DNA of 64,000 bases from Candidatus Cloacimonadales bacterium (GCA_963674825.1 OY771587.1:576001-640000), one strand, 5' to 3'; counted from the first letter of the stretch, positions 9,767-20,156 are shown. Translations and numbers: made by a program. Notes: a model not told the origin generated them from the sequence alone.

Positions 9767-10552
9767 ATGAAACGAATCGCGATTCTTGCACTGCTTCTCG
9801 GCTCGGTGCTATTTGTCTCGGCAATACCGTCCGGGTTCCACTCAATAGACGAGATTATCAACATCATCACAGAAGCTGTATCCAACCGAGACCAGGCACC
9901 TATCAAGGAGCTTCTCGGCGACGAAACGCGGTACACGTTCATTTATAATACGATGGCCGACACAACAAGAGAACGTCTTCTGAAAGCAGGCTACTCGGAC
10001 CAGAAGATTGATGAATCACTCAAGGAACTCCTGCCGGATTACGAGACGTCCGCAAGAGAATATGCTGTCTCGGTTCGGGAGGATCTCGATACTCTTCGCG
10101 TAGAGATGGAGAATTTCAGCCGTAAATGCCCCAAGCACAAAGCCGAGGTCGTCAGGGAACTCGACTACCAACCAGGCGTTTTCGAGAGCCAAATGGGTGT
10201 CGTATACATTACAGACAGCGCGATCCTGTTCAATACGAATACGAAGATCATCGAATGCGAGCTACCCCTGATGCTCTACATCGATCACGGGTATGCGTTG
10301 CAGGCAGCGCCAAGGCTGAGGGCTTCTTCGATGGGCTTCGAGGCGACTGCCTTCCAGAGCCTGATCTTGATGGCGATTGAAGATTCTGAGTTCTCCTGTC
10401 TGGAAGATGCCTTCATCACACCGCGCCAAATGGAGTACGGCGATAGAATATACGAAAGCACGTACAAGAAATCGGAAGATTACGCGAACTATTCCGATGC
10501 GAAGAAAGAGAAATTCGAGCGCTACCTGGAGATGACACAAAAAAACACATGA
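9767..10552 (+). CDS. Hypothetical secreted protein (N-terminal part of a possibly frameshifted gene)
   Basis: GGAGGA SD; signal peptide MKRIAILALLLGSVLFVSA; no recognised family. Confidence 0.75.
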   Translation: MKRIAILALLLGSVLFVSAIPSGFHSIDEIINIITEAVSNRDQAPIKELLGDETRYTFIYNTMADTTRERLLKAGYSDQKIDESLKELLPDYETSAREYAVSVREDLDTLRVEMENFSRKCPKHKAEVVRELDYQPGVFESQMGVVYITDSAILFNTNTKIIECELPLMLYIDHGYALQAAPRLRASSMGFEATAFQSLILMAIEDSEFSCLEDAFITPRQMEYGDRIYESTYKKSEDYANYSDAKKEKFERYLEMTQKNT

Positions 10553-10827
10553 AAGTGCAGAAGACCGCGTTGCAAGAGTCACGTGAATCTTTCGAGAAGG
10601 CCCTAGCACAATTACCCGATGTCGACGACGAAGCAGTGCTGATCCAGGAAGATCCCGGCGCGGTTACCCGTGAGATGAACGGAGGAATTGTCGAAGACAC
10701 CCGTTATATCATCCGTTATGGAGATTACACCATCACCGCGACCTTGAAGCAGCGGATCAACCTGGTGAGCAATTACTGGAAGCTGTTTGATGCGATTGTG
10801 TTCGAGGTTCAGCCAAACAAATCTTGA
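10549..10827 (+). CDS. Hypothetical protein (possibly the C-terminal continuation of 9767..10552 in the -1 frame)
   Basis: ATGA overlap; A7 run at 10539-10545; one extra A would fuse both ORFs. Confidence 0.55.
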   Translation: MKVQKTALQESRESFEKALAQLPDVDDEAVLIQEDPGAVTREMNGGIVEDTRYIIRYGDYTITATLKQRINLVSNYWKLFDAIVFEVQPNKS

Positions 10828-10881
10828 CATATCAAAACGCGATTGCATTGTTTGTTCAAATTAATCCTAAGGAGGAACGAT

Positions 10882-10920
10882 ATGCATCAATTCGAAAACA
10901 ACACAGGAGTAGCTTTCTAA
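10882..10920 (+). CDS. Putative leader peptide MHQFENNTGVAF
   Basis: Very strong SD TAAGGAGGA (10868-10876); TTGACA at 10824-10829; immediately followed by attenuator structures. Confidence 0.7.
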   Translation: MHQFENNTGVAF

Positions 10921-10924
10921 TCGA

Positions 10925-11074
10925 GAGATCGGTCTTCCTTACAAGATAGCATGATCGCGCAACGGATTGATCCGTGTGGCGTCCTATAGTTTGGGAACTG
11001 GTCTCCCTGGCCGGTTCCCATTTTCATGATATTTGTTTGAGCCTGCGAACCGGCTGGGTACGCAGGCTTTTTTT
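10925..11074 (+). promoter_or_regulatory. Transcription attenuator with mutually exclusive helices and an intrinsic terminator (11039-11074)
   Basis: Terminator AGCCTGCG...CGCAGGCT plus T-run; hairpin 10992-11020; alternative pairings 10925-10938:10993-11005 and 11006-11017:11047-11058. Confidence 0.75.
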
Positions 11075-11131
11075 ATCCGGAAGGAGCGCTTAGTCGCTCA
11101 ATGATGTCACACAACCAGCACCGGAGACAAT

Positions 11132-11902
11132 ATGCACACGGACAATATCATGAAAACCGATCTGATGCGGTACCAGGAGTCCTGCGAGGACTTCATAAAC
11201 GAGCAACTGATCACCGACTTCCTGCGCGTGGTAAAAAAGGGCAAGGAAGCGGTTGTCGTATGCTGCAAGGCGCACCCAAACCTTGACATGGACTACATCG
11301 CGCTCAAGCTATACAGAGAGCGCAAGTTTCGCAACTTTCGCAAGGATGCCATCTACCAGGAAGGTAAAATCTGGGATCATCGTGCCCTGCGCGCAATCAA
11401 AAAGAACACCGCGACAGGCATGGCAGCCGAACGCAGCGTATGGATCACCACCGAGTTCGACACGCTCGAGATCCTCTTCGATCTCGGCCTGAACGTCCCC
11501 GAACCCGTCGCCTGCACCGATGACGCAGTAGCGATGAAGTTCATCGGAGAAAATGAATACCCCGCACCACTGCTCAGGCACGTACGATTCGAGAACCGAA
11601 ACCAGGCGCAGCGCTGCTTCGACCAGCTCGTCGATCACGTCAGCATTATGCTCAGCAACCGGATCGTTCACGGCGATCTCTCGCCGTTCAACATCCTCTA
11701 CCACGAGCAGCAGCCCTGGATTATCGATTTCCCGCAGAGCTGCAATCCGAACAAGAACACCAACGGATTCGGTATCTTCCTACGGGATATTCGAAACCTC
11801 TGCGAGTTCTTCCAGAAATTCGGCCTCGATTACGACGCCGACCAACTCGCCCTATCCATATGGGAGCCTGTCTATGGCCCGATCATGATCGTTGGTTTGT
11901 AA
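11132..11902 (+). CDS. RIO1-family atypical Ser/Thr kinase/ATPase
   Basis: KKGKEAVV P-loop, ALKLY, VPEP, IVHGDLSPFNIL catalytic loop, IIDFPQ metal loop; GGAG SD. Confidence 0.93.
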   Translation: MHTDNIMKTDLMRYQESCEDFINEQLITDFLRVVKKGKEAVVVCCKAHPNLDMDYIALKLYRERKFRNFRKDAIYQEGKIWDHRALRAIKKNTATGMAAERSVWITTEFDTLEILFDLGLNVPEPVACTDDAVAMKFIGENEYPAPLLRHVRFENRNQAQRCFDQLVDHVSIMLSNRIVHGDLSPFNILYHEQQPWIIDFPQSCNPNKNTNGFGIFLRDIRNLCEFFQKFGLDYDADQLALSIWEPVYGPIMIVGL

Positions 11903-11911
11903 TCTAACCTC

Positions 11912-12040
11912 GCCGCGCAGCAGATTCGTTCGTTTCGCGACTGCTCGCGTGGTGTTATACACCATAATACTCGTGTTCGGTAGTCCGATGGTGTATTATA
12001 TCCACGTGAGCAGGAGCGATCGGGCGAAGATGCGCACGGC
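11912..12040 (+). ncRNA. Unclassified ~130-nt rod-like structured element (ncRNA, 3' UTR or degenerate palindromic repeat)
   Basis: Nested complementary segments across the whole stretch, with G-U pairs on the + strand and a tandem GA/GA internal loop. Confidence 0.5.
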
Positions 12041-12071
12041 AACCATACCTGCATCGCCAAGATAATCTTCA

Positions 12072-12100
12072 TTGACACAATCGAATCCCATTCATACCAT
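12072..12100 (+). promoter_or_regulatory. Sigma70-type promoter of the hyp operon
   Basis: TTGACA (12072-12077) - 17 nt - TACCAT (12095-12100). Confidence 0.65.
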
Positions 12101-12109
12101 TTGCACCAA

Positions 12110-14275
12110 ATGAAAGCGCACAAATGGTATACCGTCAGCATCCGTGGAATCGTACAGGGCGTCGGATTCCGTCCGTTCATCTATCGCATCGCGCACGAAA
12201 TGCGCCTCCGTGGCGAAGTGAGCAATAATCCCAGCGGCGTCGAAGTGCTTATCCAGATATCGGATAGCGATCTTCGCGAATTCCTCCGCCGGGTGCGCGA
12301 GGAAGCACCATCTGCATCGAGAGTCGAGCATATAGAAGTCGGTAGCGCACAACCCGTTGATATAGATGGCTTCCGCATCGTGCCCAGTGGAAACGACCCC
12401 GGCATCACTCTCATCTCACCCGATCTCGCCACGTGCGATGACTGCCTCCGCGAGATGAACGATCCCAACGATCCGCGCTATCGATATCCTTTCATCAACT
12501 GCACCCACTGCGGACCGCGTTACAGCATCATCAGCGACCTGCCCTACGACCGTCCACTTACCGCCATGCACCCCTTCCTCATGTGCGATTACTGCCGCTC
12601 AGAGTACGAAAACCCACTCAACCGTCGCTTCCACGCGCAGCCTGTCGCCTGCCACGACTGCGGCCCGACACTCGAGTTGCCTGGTCACGGCGGAGATCCA
12701 ATCACCGGAGCAATCAAGCTTCTTCTGGACGGCAAGATCGTCGCCGTCAAAGGAATCGGTGGATTCCACCTGGCTTGCGACGCCCGTAACAACGACGCGG
12801 TAACTCGCCTCCGCGAAATCAAGCAGCGTCCCCACAAACCCTTCGCTGTCATGGTTAAGCCCAGCCATATCGGGCAAATCGCGCATACCGACGAACCATC
12901 GGAAAGGTTGCTCCGATCCCCCAAGGCACCCATCGTGATCCTACCCAAGTCGGATACGTACAGTCTCGCGGAATCTGTCGCGCTCGAATATCCCAGTATC
13001 GGCGTCCTGTATCCATATACGCCGCTGCATCACCTTCTCCTCACCGACGACCTTCCATTCCTGGTCATGACCTCCGCAAATCGCAAGGGCGAACCCATCG
13101 CACGTGACGAACAGGAAATCGCCGGGCTCTTCGACGCCTGCCTTACGCACGATCGGGCAATCTCCAACCCCTGTGACGATTCCGTTGTGCGTGGAAAATC
13201 TCTCTTGCGTCGATCCCGTGGATATGTTCCCGAACCCATCGACTTGCCTATCGAGATTCCACCAATGCTGGCCGTAGGCGCAGAACTGAAATCGACCTTT
13301 GCCATCGGTTCGGGCAAACGTGTCTTTGTGTCGCCCTACCTCGGAGATGGCTCCACCCTGGGCATTGAACGCTTCTATCGGGGCACCCTCGCCAAATACA
13401 AGAAATGGTTCGGAATCGAACCCGAGCAGATCGTCTGCGATCTCCATCCAGATTATTATAGCAGCCGTTTAGCACGTGAAACCGGACTTCCACTCACCAA
13501 AGTGCAGCACCACCACGCACACATCGGTGCTGTCATGGCCGAATACGGGCTGGACGAGAAGGTAATCGGCGTCGTGTACGATGGCACCGGACTGGGAAAT
13601 GACAACACTATCTGGGGAGGCGAAATCTTTCTTTCCGATCTTCACGATTATCAACGCCTCTTCCACCTCATCCCCATGCCCCTTCCCGGAGGCGATGCAT
13701 CCGTCAGGAAACCGCAGCGCGCAGCGTACGCGTGGCTCGAAGGCCGCTCAGATTTTGGACTCTCGCAGCAAGAGCGACGCGTTATCCAGTCCGGCTTCAA
13801 CTCACCCCTCTCCAGTGGCATGGGCAGGCTCTTCGACGTAGTTTCTGTTCTGCTCGGATTCAAGGACGAGATCACCTTCGAGGCACAAGCTGCGATCCGG
13901 CTTGAGAACCTCTGTGAAGGTATCCTTGCTGAAGAACCGTCTTTCAGCTACACCATCGATCGCGGTGTGATTGATCACCGGCCTATGCTGCGAGAAATTA
14001 TATCCGACAAACGCCCCATCGCAGCCATCGCACGCTCGGTACATCGCACCATCATCGACTGGACCAGCGAAGCCGTGGCGCGCGTTCGAGAGCAGTATGG
14101 CATCCGGAAAGTAGTGCTCTGCGGTGGCGTCATGCAGAACTTGATTTTACTGGATGGCTTGACAAATGAATTCCTTTCAGCAGGATATGACGTGTACTTT
14201 CCACAAAAATTCCCCGCGAACGACGGTGCTATCGCACTGGGCCAGATCTATATCGCGGGAGCGAAAGCGAGGTGA
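12110..14275 (+). CDS. hypF: Carbamoyltransferase HypF
   Basis: GIVQGVGFRPF acylphosphatase domain, CxxC zinc fingers, KGIGGFHL, HDLHPDY-like CDLHPDY, VQHHHAH, PANDGAIALGQ. Confidence 0.97.
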   Translation: MKAHKWYTVSIRGIVQGVGFRPFIYRIAHEMRLRGEVSNNPSGVEVLIQISDSDLREFLRRVREEAPSASRVEHIEVGSAQPVDIDGFRIVPSGNDPGITLISPDLATCDDCLREMNDPNDPRYRYPFINCTHCGPRYSIISDLPYDRPLTAMHPFLMCDYCRSEYENPLNRRFHAQPVACHDCGPTLELPGHGGDPITGAIKLLLDGKIVAVKGIGGFHLACDARNNDAVTRLREIKQRPHKPFAVMVKPSHIGQIAHTDEPSERLLRSPKAPIVILPKSDTYSLAESVALEYPSIGVLYPYTPLHHLLLTDDLPFLVMTSANRKGEPIARDEQEIAGLFDACLTHDRAISNPCDDSVVRGKSLLRRSRGYVPEPIDLPIEIPPMLAVGAELKSTFAIGSGKRVFVSPYLGDGSTLGIERFYRGTLAKYKKWFGIEPEQIVCDLHPDYYSSRLARETGLPLTKVQHHHAHIGAVMAEYGLDEKVIGVVYDGTGLGNDNTIWGGEIFLSDLHDYQRLFHLIPMPLPGGDASVRKPQRAAYAWLEGRSDFGLSQQERRVIQSGFNSPLSSGMGRLFDVVSVLLGFKDEITFEAQAAIRLENLCEGILAEEPSFSYTIDRGVIDHRPMLREIISDKRPIAAIARSVHRTIIDWTSEAVARVREQYGIRKVVLCGGVMQNLILLDGLTNEFLSAGYDVYFPQKFPANDGAIALGQIYIAGAKAR

Positions 14276-14278
14276 CAA

Positions 14279-14497
14279 ATGTGCCTGGCGATACCGGGTA
14301 AGATACTGCAACGAAGAGAAGATATGGGCATTGTCGATTTCGGCGGCATGCAGAAGGAAATCTCGCTGGTATTCGTTCCTGAAGCACAGCTTTCCGATTG
14401 GGTACTGGTCCACACAGGCTACGCGATGAGCATCCTTTCCGAAGACGAAGCGCATGAGACCCTCAGCCTCCTCCGAGAACGTTATGGCGATTGCTGA
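14279..14497 (+). CDS. hypC: Hydrogenase assembly chaperone HypC
   Basis: MCLAIPG N-terminus; WVLVHTGYA. Confidence 0.97.
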   Translation: MCLAIPGKILQRREDMGIVDFGGMQKEISLVFVPEAQLSDWVLVHTGYAMSILSEDEAHETLSLLRERYGDC

Positions 14498-15572
14498 TAA
14501 ATTCCGCGATCCAATCCTGGTGCGTGCCATCGCTAGCAAACTACACGAAAACACACGTCCCATCCGCATCATGGAGGTATGCGGCACCCACACCATGTCC
14601 ATCGGCAAATGGGGCCTGCGTAAGATGCTCCCGAAATCAATAGAGCTGATCTCTGGACCTGGCTGCCCGGTCTGCGTAACGCCGGCCGGCTACATCGACG
14701 CCCTCATGGGGCTTGAATCGGCAACCGTCTGCGTATTCGGCGATCTGATGCGGGTTCCCGGAGCTAACGGTACTCTAGAAGACGCCCGTTCCCGTGGCCA
14801 TGACATCCGCATCGTCTATTCACCTATGCAAGCCCTGGAAATCGCTCAGGAACGGGAAACCGTCTTCGCTGCTATCGGATTCGAAACCACCATCCCCGGC
14901 ATCGCGCACACCATAAAACTGGCTAAAACGCAAGGCATCGGCACATTCTCCGTCCTGGCAGCCCTCAAGGCCATCCCACCTGCTCTGGACGCGCTCCTTT
15001 CTTCAGAAAATATTCAGGTCGACGGCTTCATCCTGCCTGGACACGTCTGCGCTGTTCTCGGCATGGAGCCGTTTCGCTTTTTGCCCGAGAAATACAATGT
15101 CGGAGGTGTTATCACCGGGTTTGAACCCCTTGAAATCCTGTCCGCAATCCAGCAACTGATCGACATGAACGACCACCCCGCTATCCACAATCAGTATGCG
15201 CGTGTAGTGTCCGATCGCGGTAACCCGCACGCACGCAGGATGATCGACGCAGTGCTTCAGCCCAACGACGCTATTTGGCGCGGACTGGGCACAATTCCCG
15301 GTTCTGGCTACACCTTGCGTGACGATTACGCATCCTTCGACGCTTCAGCAAAGTTCGGAATCACAATAACCGACGAAGCCGAGAACCGTGGATGCCGCTG
15401 CGGCGACGTGCTCAAAGGCGTCATCAAACCCGATCAATGTGAGCTCTTTGGCGCTGTATGCACACCGGCATCACCCATCGGACCCTGTATGGTTTCATCC
15501 GAAGGAAGCTGCGCTGCATATTACCGATATGAACTCCCGCAAACAAGCACTAAGGATCAAAGACAATGCTAG
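14484..15572 (+). CDS. hypD: Hydrogenase maturation protein HypD
   Basis: MEVCGTHT, GPGCPVC, GFETT, PGHV, GPCMVSSEGSCAAYY. Confidence 0.97.
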   Translation: MAIADKFRDPILVRAIASKLHENTRPIRIMEVCGTHTMSIGKWGLRKMLPKSIELISGPGCPVCVTPAGYIDALMGLESATVCVFGDLMRVPGANGTLEDARSRGHDIRIVYSPMQALEIAQERETVFAAIGFETTIPGIAHTIKLAKTQGIGTFSVLAALKAIPPALDALLSSENIQVDGFILPGHVCAVLGMEPFRFLPEKYNVGGVITGFEPLEILSAIQQLIDMNDHPAIHNQYARVVSDRGNPHARRMIDAVLQPNDAIWRGLGTIPGSGYTLRDDYASFDASAKFGITITDEAENRGCRCGDVLKGVIKPDQCELFGAVCTPASPIGPCMVSSEGSCAAYYRYELPQTSTKDQRQC

Positions 15573-16549
15573 ATGAAATCATAAAGCTCAGCCACGGAAG
15601 CGGCGGCAACATGACCCGGCGATTGATCAGGGATGTGATGAACAATCGGTTTCAAATGCCCTCCATGAGTGATTCCGCAGTGATCGGTGGCCGCATGGTC
15701 TCCACCATCGACGCGCATGTGGTCAAGCCCATCTTCTTCCCGGGAGGCGACATCGGCAGGCTCAGCGTCACCGGCACCGTGAACGACCTCGCTGTCGCAG
15801 GCGCGATCCCGCTTTCAATTTTCATCGCCTACATCATTGAGGAAGGCTTCCCGATGAGAGAACTCGAGCGCATTACCGAATCGGTACATCAGGCAGCACA
15901 GGAAGCTGGCGTTAAAATTCTCGGCGGCGATACGAAAGTGGTCGAGCACGGCAAAGCAGACGGACTCTACCTTGTCACCTCAGGAATCGGCATGCTGCAC
16001 GATGGCTATGCCCCGGGCGACCGGTCTATCAGCGAAGGCGATAGCGTAATCGTCAGCGGAAACCTTGGCGATCACGCCATCGCGGTGATCAACGCCCGTG
16101 AGAACCTCGGCCTTCAACCAGCCCCAGAGAGTGATTGCGCACCACTCAACCACCTGATCGGTATCATGCTGGAAACAGCCGATATCCGCTTCATGCGAGA
16201 TCCCACTCGTGGTGGCCTGACAACTGTGCTCAACGAAATTGCCGACGAATTCCAAGTTGGATTCCACCTCTTCGAGCGCGACATCCCCATCCGCGATTCG
16301 GTACGATCCGCGTCAGAACTGCTGGGGATCGATCCGCTCTACCTGGCCAACGAAGGCCGGGTTGTCGCAATCGTGCGAGGCGATACGAAAACACTCATCG
16401 ACCGTATGCGAAAGCACCCGCTCGGAACCGATGCACAAGTAATCGGAACTGTTACGAATGATGCGGGACGCGTATATCTGGAAACCGCGATCGGAAGCGT
16501 GCGGCAGCTACCCATGCTCGAATCCGATCCTCTCCCGAGGATATGCTGA
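15566..16549 (+). CDS. hypE: Carbamoyl dehydratase HypE
   Basis: HGSGG, FFPGGDIG, GGDTKVV, RDPTRGG, C-terminal PRIC. Confidence 0.97.
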   Translation: MLDEIIKLSHGSGGNMTRRLIRDVMNNRFQMPSMSDSAVIGGRMVSTIDAHVVKPIFFPGGDIGRLSVTGTVNDLAVAGAIPLSIFIAYIIEEGFPMRELERITESVHQAAQEAGVKILGGDTKVVEHGKADGLYLVTSGIGMLHDGYAPGDRSISEGDSVIVSGNLGDHAIAVINARENLGLQPAPESDCAPLNHLIGIMLETADIRFMRDPTRGGLTTVLNEIADEFQVGFHLFERDIPIRDSVRSASELLGIDPLYLANEGRVVAIVRGDTKTLIDRMRKHPLGTDAQVIGTVTNDAGRVYLETAIGSVRQLPMLESDPLPRIC

Positions 16550-16896
16550 TGCATGAAGCCTCCATAGTAAAAGCCATCTTCGAGTCATGTGACGAGATAC
16601 GAAAAACGGGGGAAATCACACGGGTCACTCTGATCAAGATCATCGTTGGCGGCATGCACCATCTGGTTCCGCAGGTTATGCTGCACTATTTCGATCTGAT
16701 GAAAAAGGAGTGGTGTGGTTTTGAATCTGCCGAACTTGAAATGACGATCGTGCCGGTAAAGGTAACCTGTCGGAAGTGCGGCTGGAGCGGGGAAGTAGAG
16801 CCACCTATCTTCATGTGCGAGGATTGCGGCTCGTTCGAGACGGACATGATTCAAGGCAAGGATTTAGTAATAGAAACGATACAAGGAGAAGCCTGA
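16549..16896 (+). CDS. hypA: Nickel metallochaperone HypA
   Basis: MHE N-terminus, two CxxC motifs; TGATG overlap with hypE. Confidence 0.95.
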   Translation: MHEASIVKAIFESCDEIRKTGEITRVTLIKIIVGGMHHLVPQVMLHYFDLMKKEWCGFESAELEMTIVPVKVTCRKCGWSGEVEPPIFMCEDCGSFETDMIQGKDLVIETIQGEA

Positions 16897-17549
16897 TGCA
16901 GAAAGAAATCAAGGTCATGCAAAAGATTTTGAACACGAACGACACGATCGCGCAGCAACTGCGCGAGAGCTTGAAAGAACGCGGCATCACTTTCGTCAAC
17001 ATGATAAGCGGTCCAGGCTCCGGCAAGACCAGCCTCATCGAAGCAACAGCCGGCAAGACCGACAAGAAGCTGTTTGTCATCGAAGGTGACATCCAGACCA
17101 CTCTCGACGCCCAGCGTATCTCCGCCAAGGGAATCGGCGCGTATCAGATCAACACCGGGCTCTTTGGCGGCGCGTGCCACCTTGAAGCAGACTGGATACG
17201 TTCTGCGATCGAGGAAGCCGGCATCGACGACATCGACATCCTGTTTGTGGAGAACATCGGCAACCTGGTCTGCCCTGCGGAGTTTGACATCGGCGCTCAT
17301 CATGGTGTTCTGCTCATCAGCGTCACCGAGGGTGAGGACAAACCGCTCAAGTACCCGCTCGCGTTTCAGGTCACCCAAACCTGCGTTATCACCAAGACAG
17401 ACCTGCTCCCCTACCTCGACATCGATATCGATGCCCTGCGCAGGAACATCCGGCAGGTCAACCCCGATATGAAGATCATCGAGCTTTCCACCAAGACCGG
17501 CGAAGGCCTGAACCAGTGGATTGAGCTGCTGGATACCCTTCTTCCTTAA
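16896..17549 (+). CDS. hypB: Nickel incorporation GTPase HypB
   Basis: GPGSGKT, CHL, ENIGNLVCPAEFD, EGEDKPLKYP, TKTD. Confidence 0.97.
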   Translation: MQKEIKVMQKILNTNDTIAQQLRESLKERGITFVNMISGPGSGKTSLIEATAGKTDKKLFVIEGDIQTTLDAQRISAKGIGAYQINTGLFGGACHLEADWIRSAIEEAGIDDIDILFVENIGNLVCPAEFDIGAHHGVLLISVTEGEDKPLKYPLAFQVTQTCVITKTDLLPYLDIDIDALRRNIRQVNPDMKIIELSTKTGEGLNQWIELLDTLLP

Positions 17550-17604
17550 GGATCACCAACACGATATCATCCCATGCTTCTAAACGTGGAATGCCTTAAT
17601 AATG

Positions 17605-17630
17605 AAAAACCCCGGATCGCTCCGGGGTTT
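17605..17630. terminator. Probably bidirectional intrinsic terminator between hypB and groEL
   Basis: AAAAACCCCGGA-TCGC-TCCGGGGTTT. Confidence 0.85.
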
Positions 17631-17653
17631 CGTATATCTTGTGGGGAAATGGT

Positions 17654-19345
<1,692 letters not shown>

Positions 19346-19361
19346 TCACGTCATTTGGCTT

Positions 19362-19388
19362 TTAGCAGTCACTCATGACGATTGCTAA
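19362..19388. promoter_or_regulatory. CIRCE element (HrcA operator)
   Basis: TTAGCAGTC-N9-GATTGCTAA versus consensus TTAGCACTC-N9-GAGTGCTAA; ~60 nt upstream of groEL. Confidence 0.9.
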
Positions 19389-19517
19389 AAACAGTATAAT
19401 CGAATTCGTGTCAATGAAAAATTTTTTTTGACCCCAATTTTGGTAATACAGCCACATCTGGGCTGCTCTTACAACATTAACAATTTCCTCGAATATTCAT
19501 TTCTCCTCTCGAAAAGC

Positions 19518-20054
19518 TTATAACCTTCCCCTTGGTATTGAGTGTACCCATGGGAGATTCACTTTGGGATTACCCATTTTCTCATAGTAGTTAGCCCTGA
19601 ATTGAGGATGGCTTTCTGAGACGAACGCGAGAACCTTTACTTTTGATGCTCCCTTAGATATAATATCATTATAATAGAGTTCCGCCGTCTTCCCTGTATG
19701 CATAACTCCAGTTGTTATCAAGACGCTATCCAAGTTGCTTTCAACCATTATTTCTTCCACTAAACAGTCATATCTCTTGTTATCTCTCCATTCCATATAA
19801 TGATCAAAGACAAATAGAGGCACAGCTCCTAAATGCTCAGAAACCAATCCTCCGACTATCGCTCCTCCGCGACCGATACCAATTATTATACTGGGTTGAA
19901 AGTGATCTTTTGTCATTTCATCAACAAGTTTCTTGATCGTTGCATCAAAGTGCTCCCATGTATATTTTCGGCGAGCAATAATCCAATTAATGATTGTAAT
20001 CAACGAAGAAATCAACCCAATTGCCGAAAACAAATAGAGAATAGCTTCTTTCAT
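19518..20054 (-). CDS. Type I phosphoribosyltransferase-fold protein with N-terminal TM helix
   Basis: IIGIGRGGAIVG motif; PRPP loop VLITTGVMHTGKT; GGAGG SD; AT-rich gene. Confidence 0.75.
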   Translation of the reverse strand: MKEAILYLFSAIGLISSLITIINWIIARRKYTWEHFDATIKKLVDEMTKDHFQPSIIIGIGRGGAIVGGLVSEHLGAVPLFVFDHYMEWRDNKRYDCLVEEIMVESNLDSVLITTGVMHTGKTAELYYNDIISKGASKVKVLAFVSESHPQFRANYYEKMGNPKVNLPWVHSIPRGRL

Positions 20055-20128
20055 TGTAGCCTCCTGGACGAACTTGACACTCACATGCCAATTGTTCTCT
20101 AGTAAACGTAATGCAATTATATGTCTAT

Positions 20129-20156
20129 AAAAAAAAGCCTGGAGACACCAGGCTTT
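20129..20156 (-). terminator. Intrinsic terminator after 20179..21045
   Basis: AAAGCCTGG-AGACA-CCAGGCTTT preceded by an A-run on the + strand. Confidence 0.8.

Noticed and set aside
11912..12040. Identification of the rod-like element as SRP RNA or 6S RNA
   Set aside because: No SRP domain IV motif (CAGG...GNRA...AGCAG) on either strand, and it is shorter than 6S with no large central bubble; kept as unclassified.
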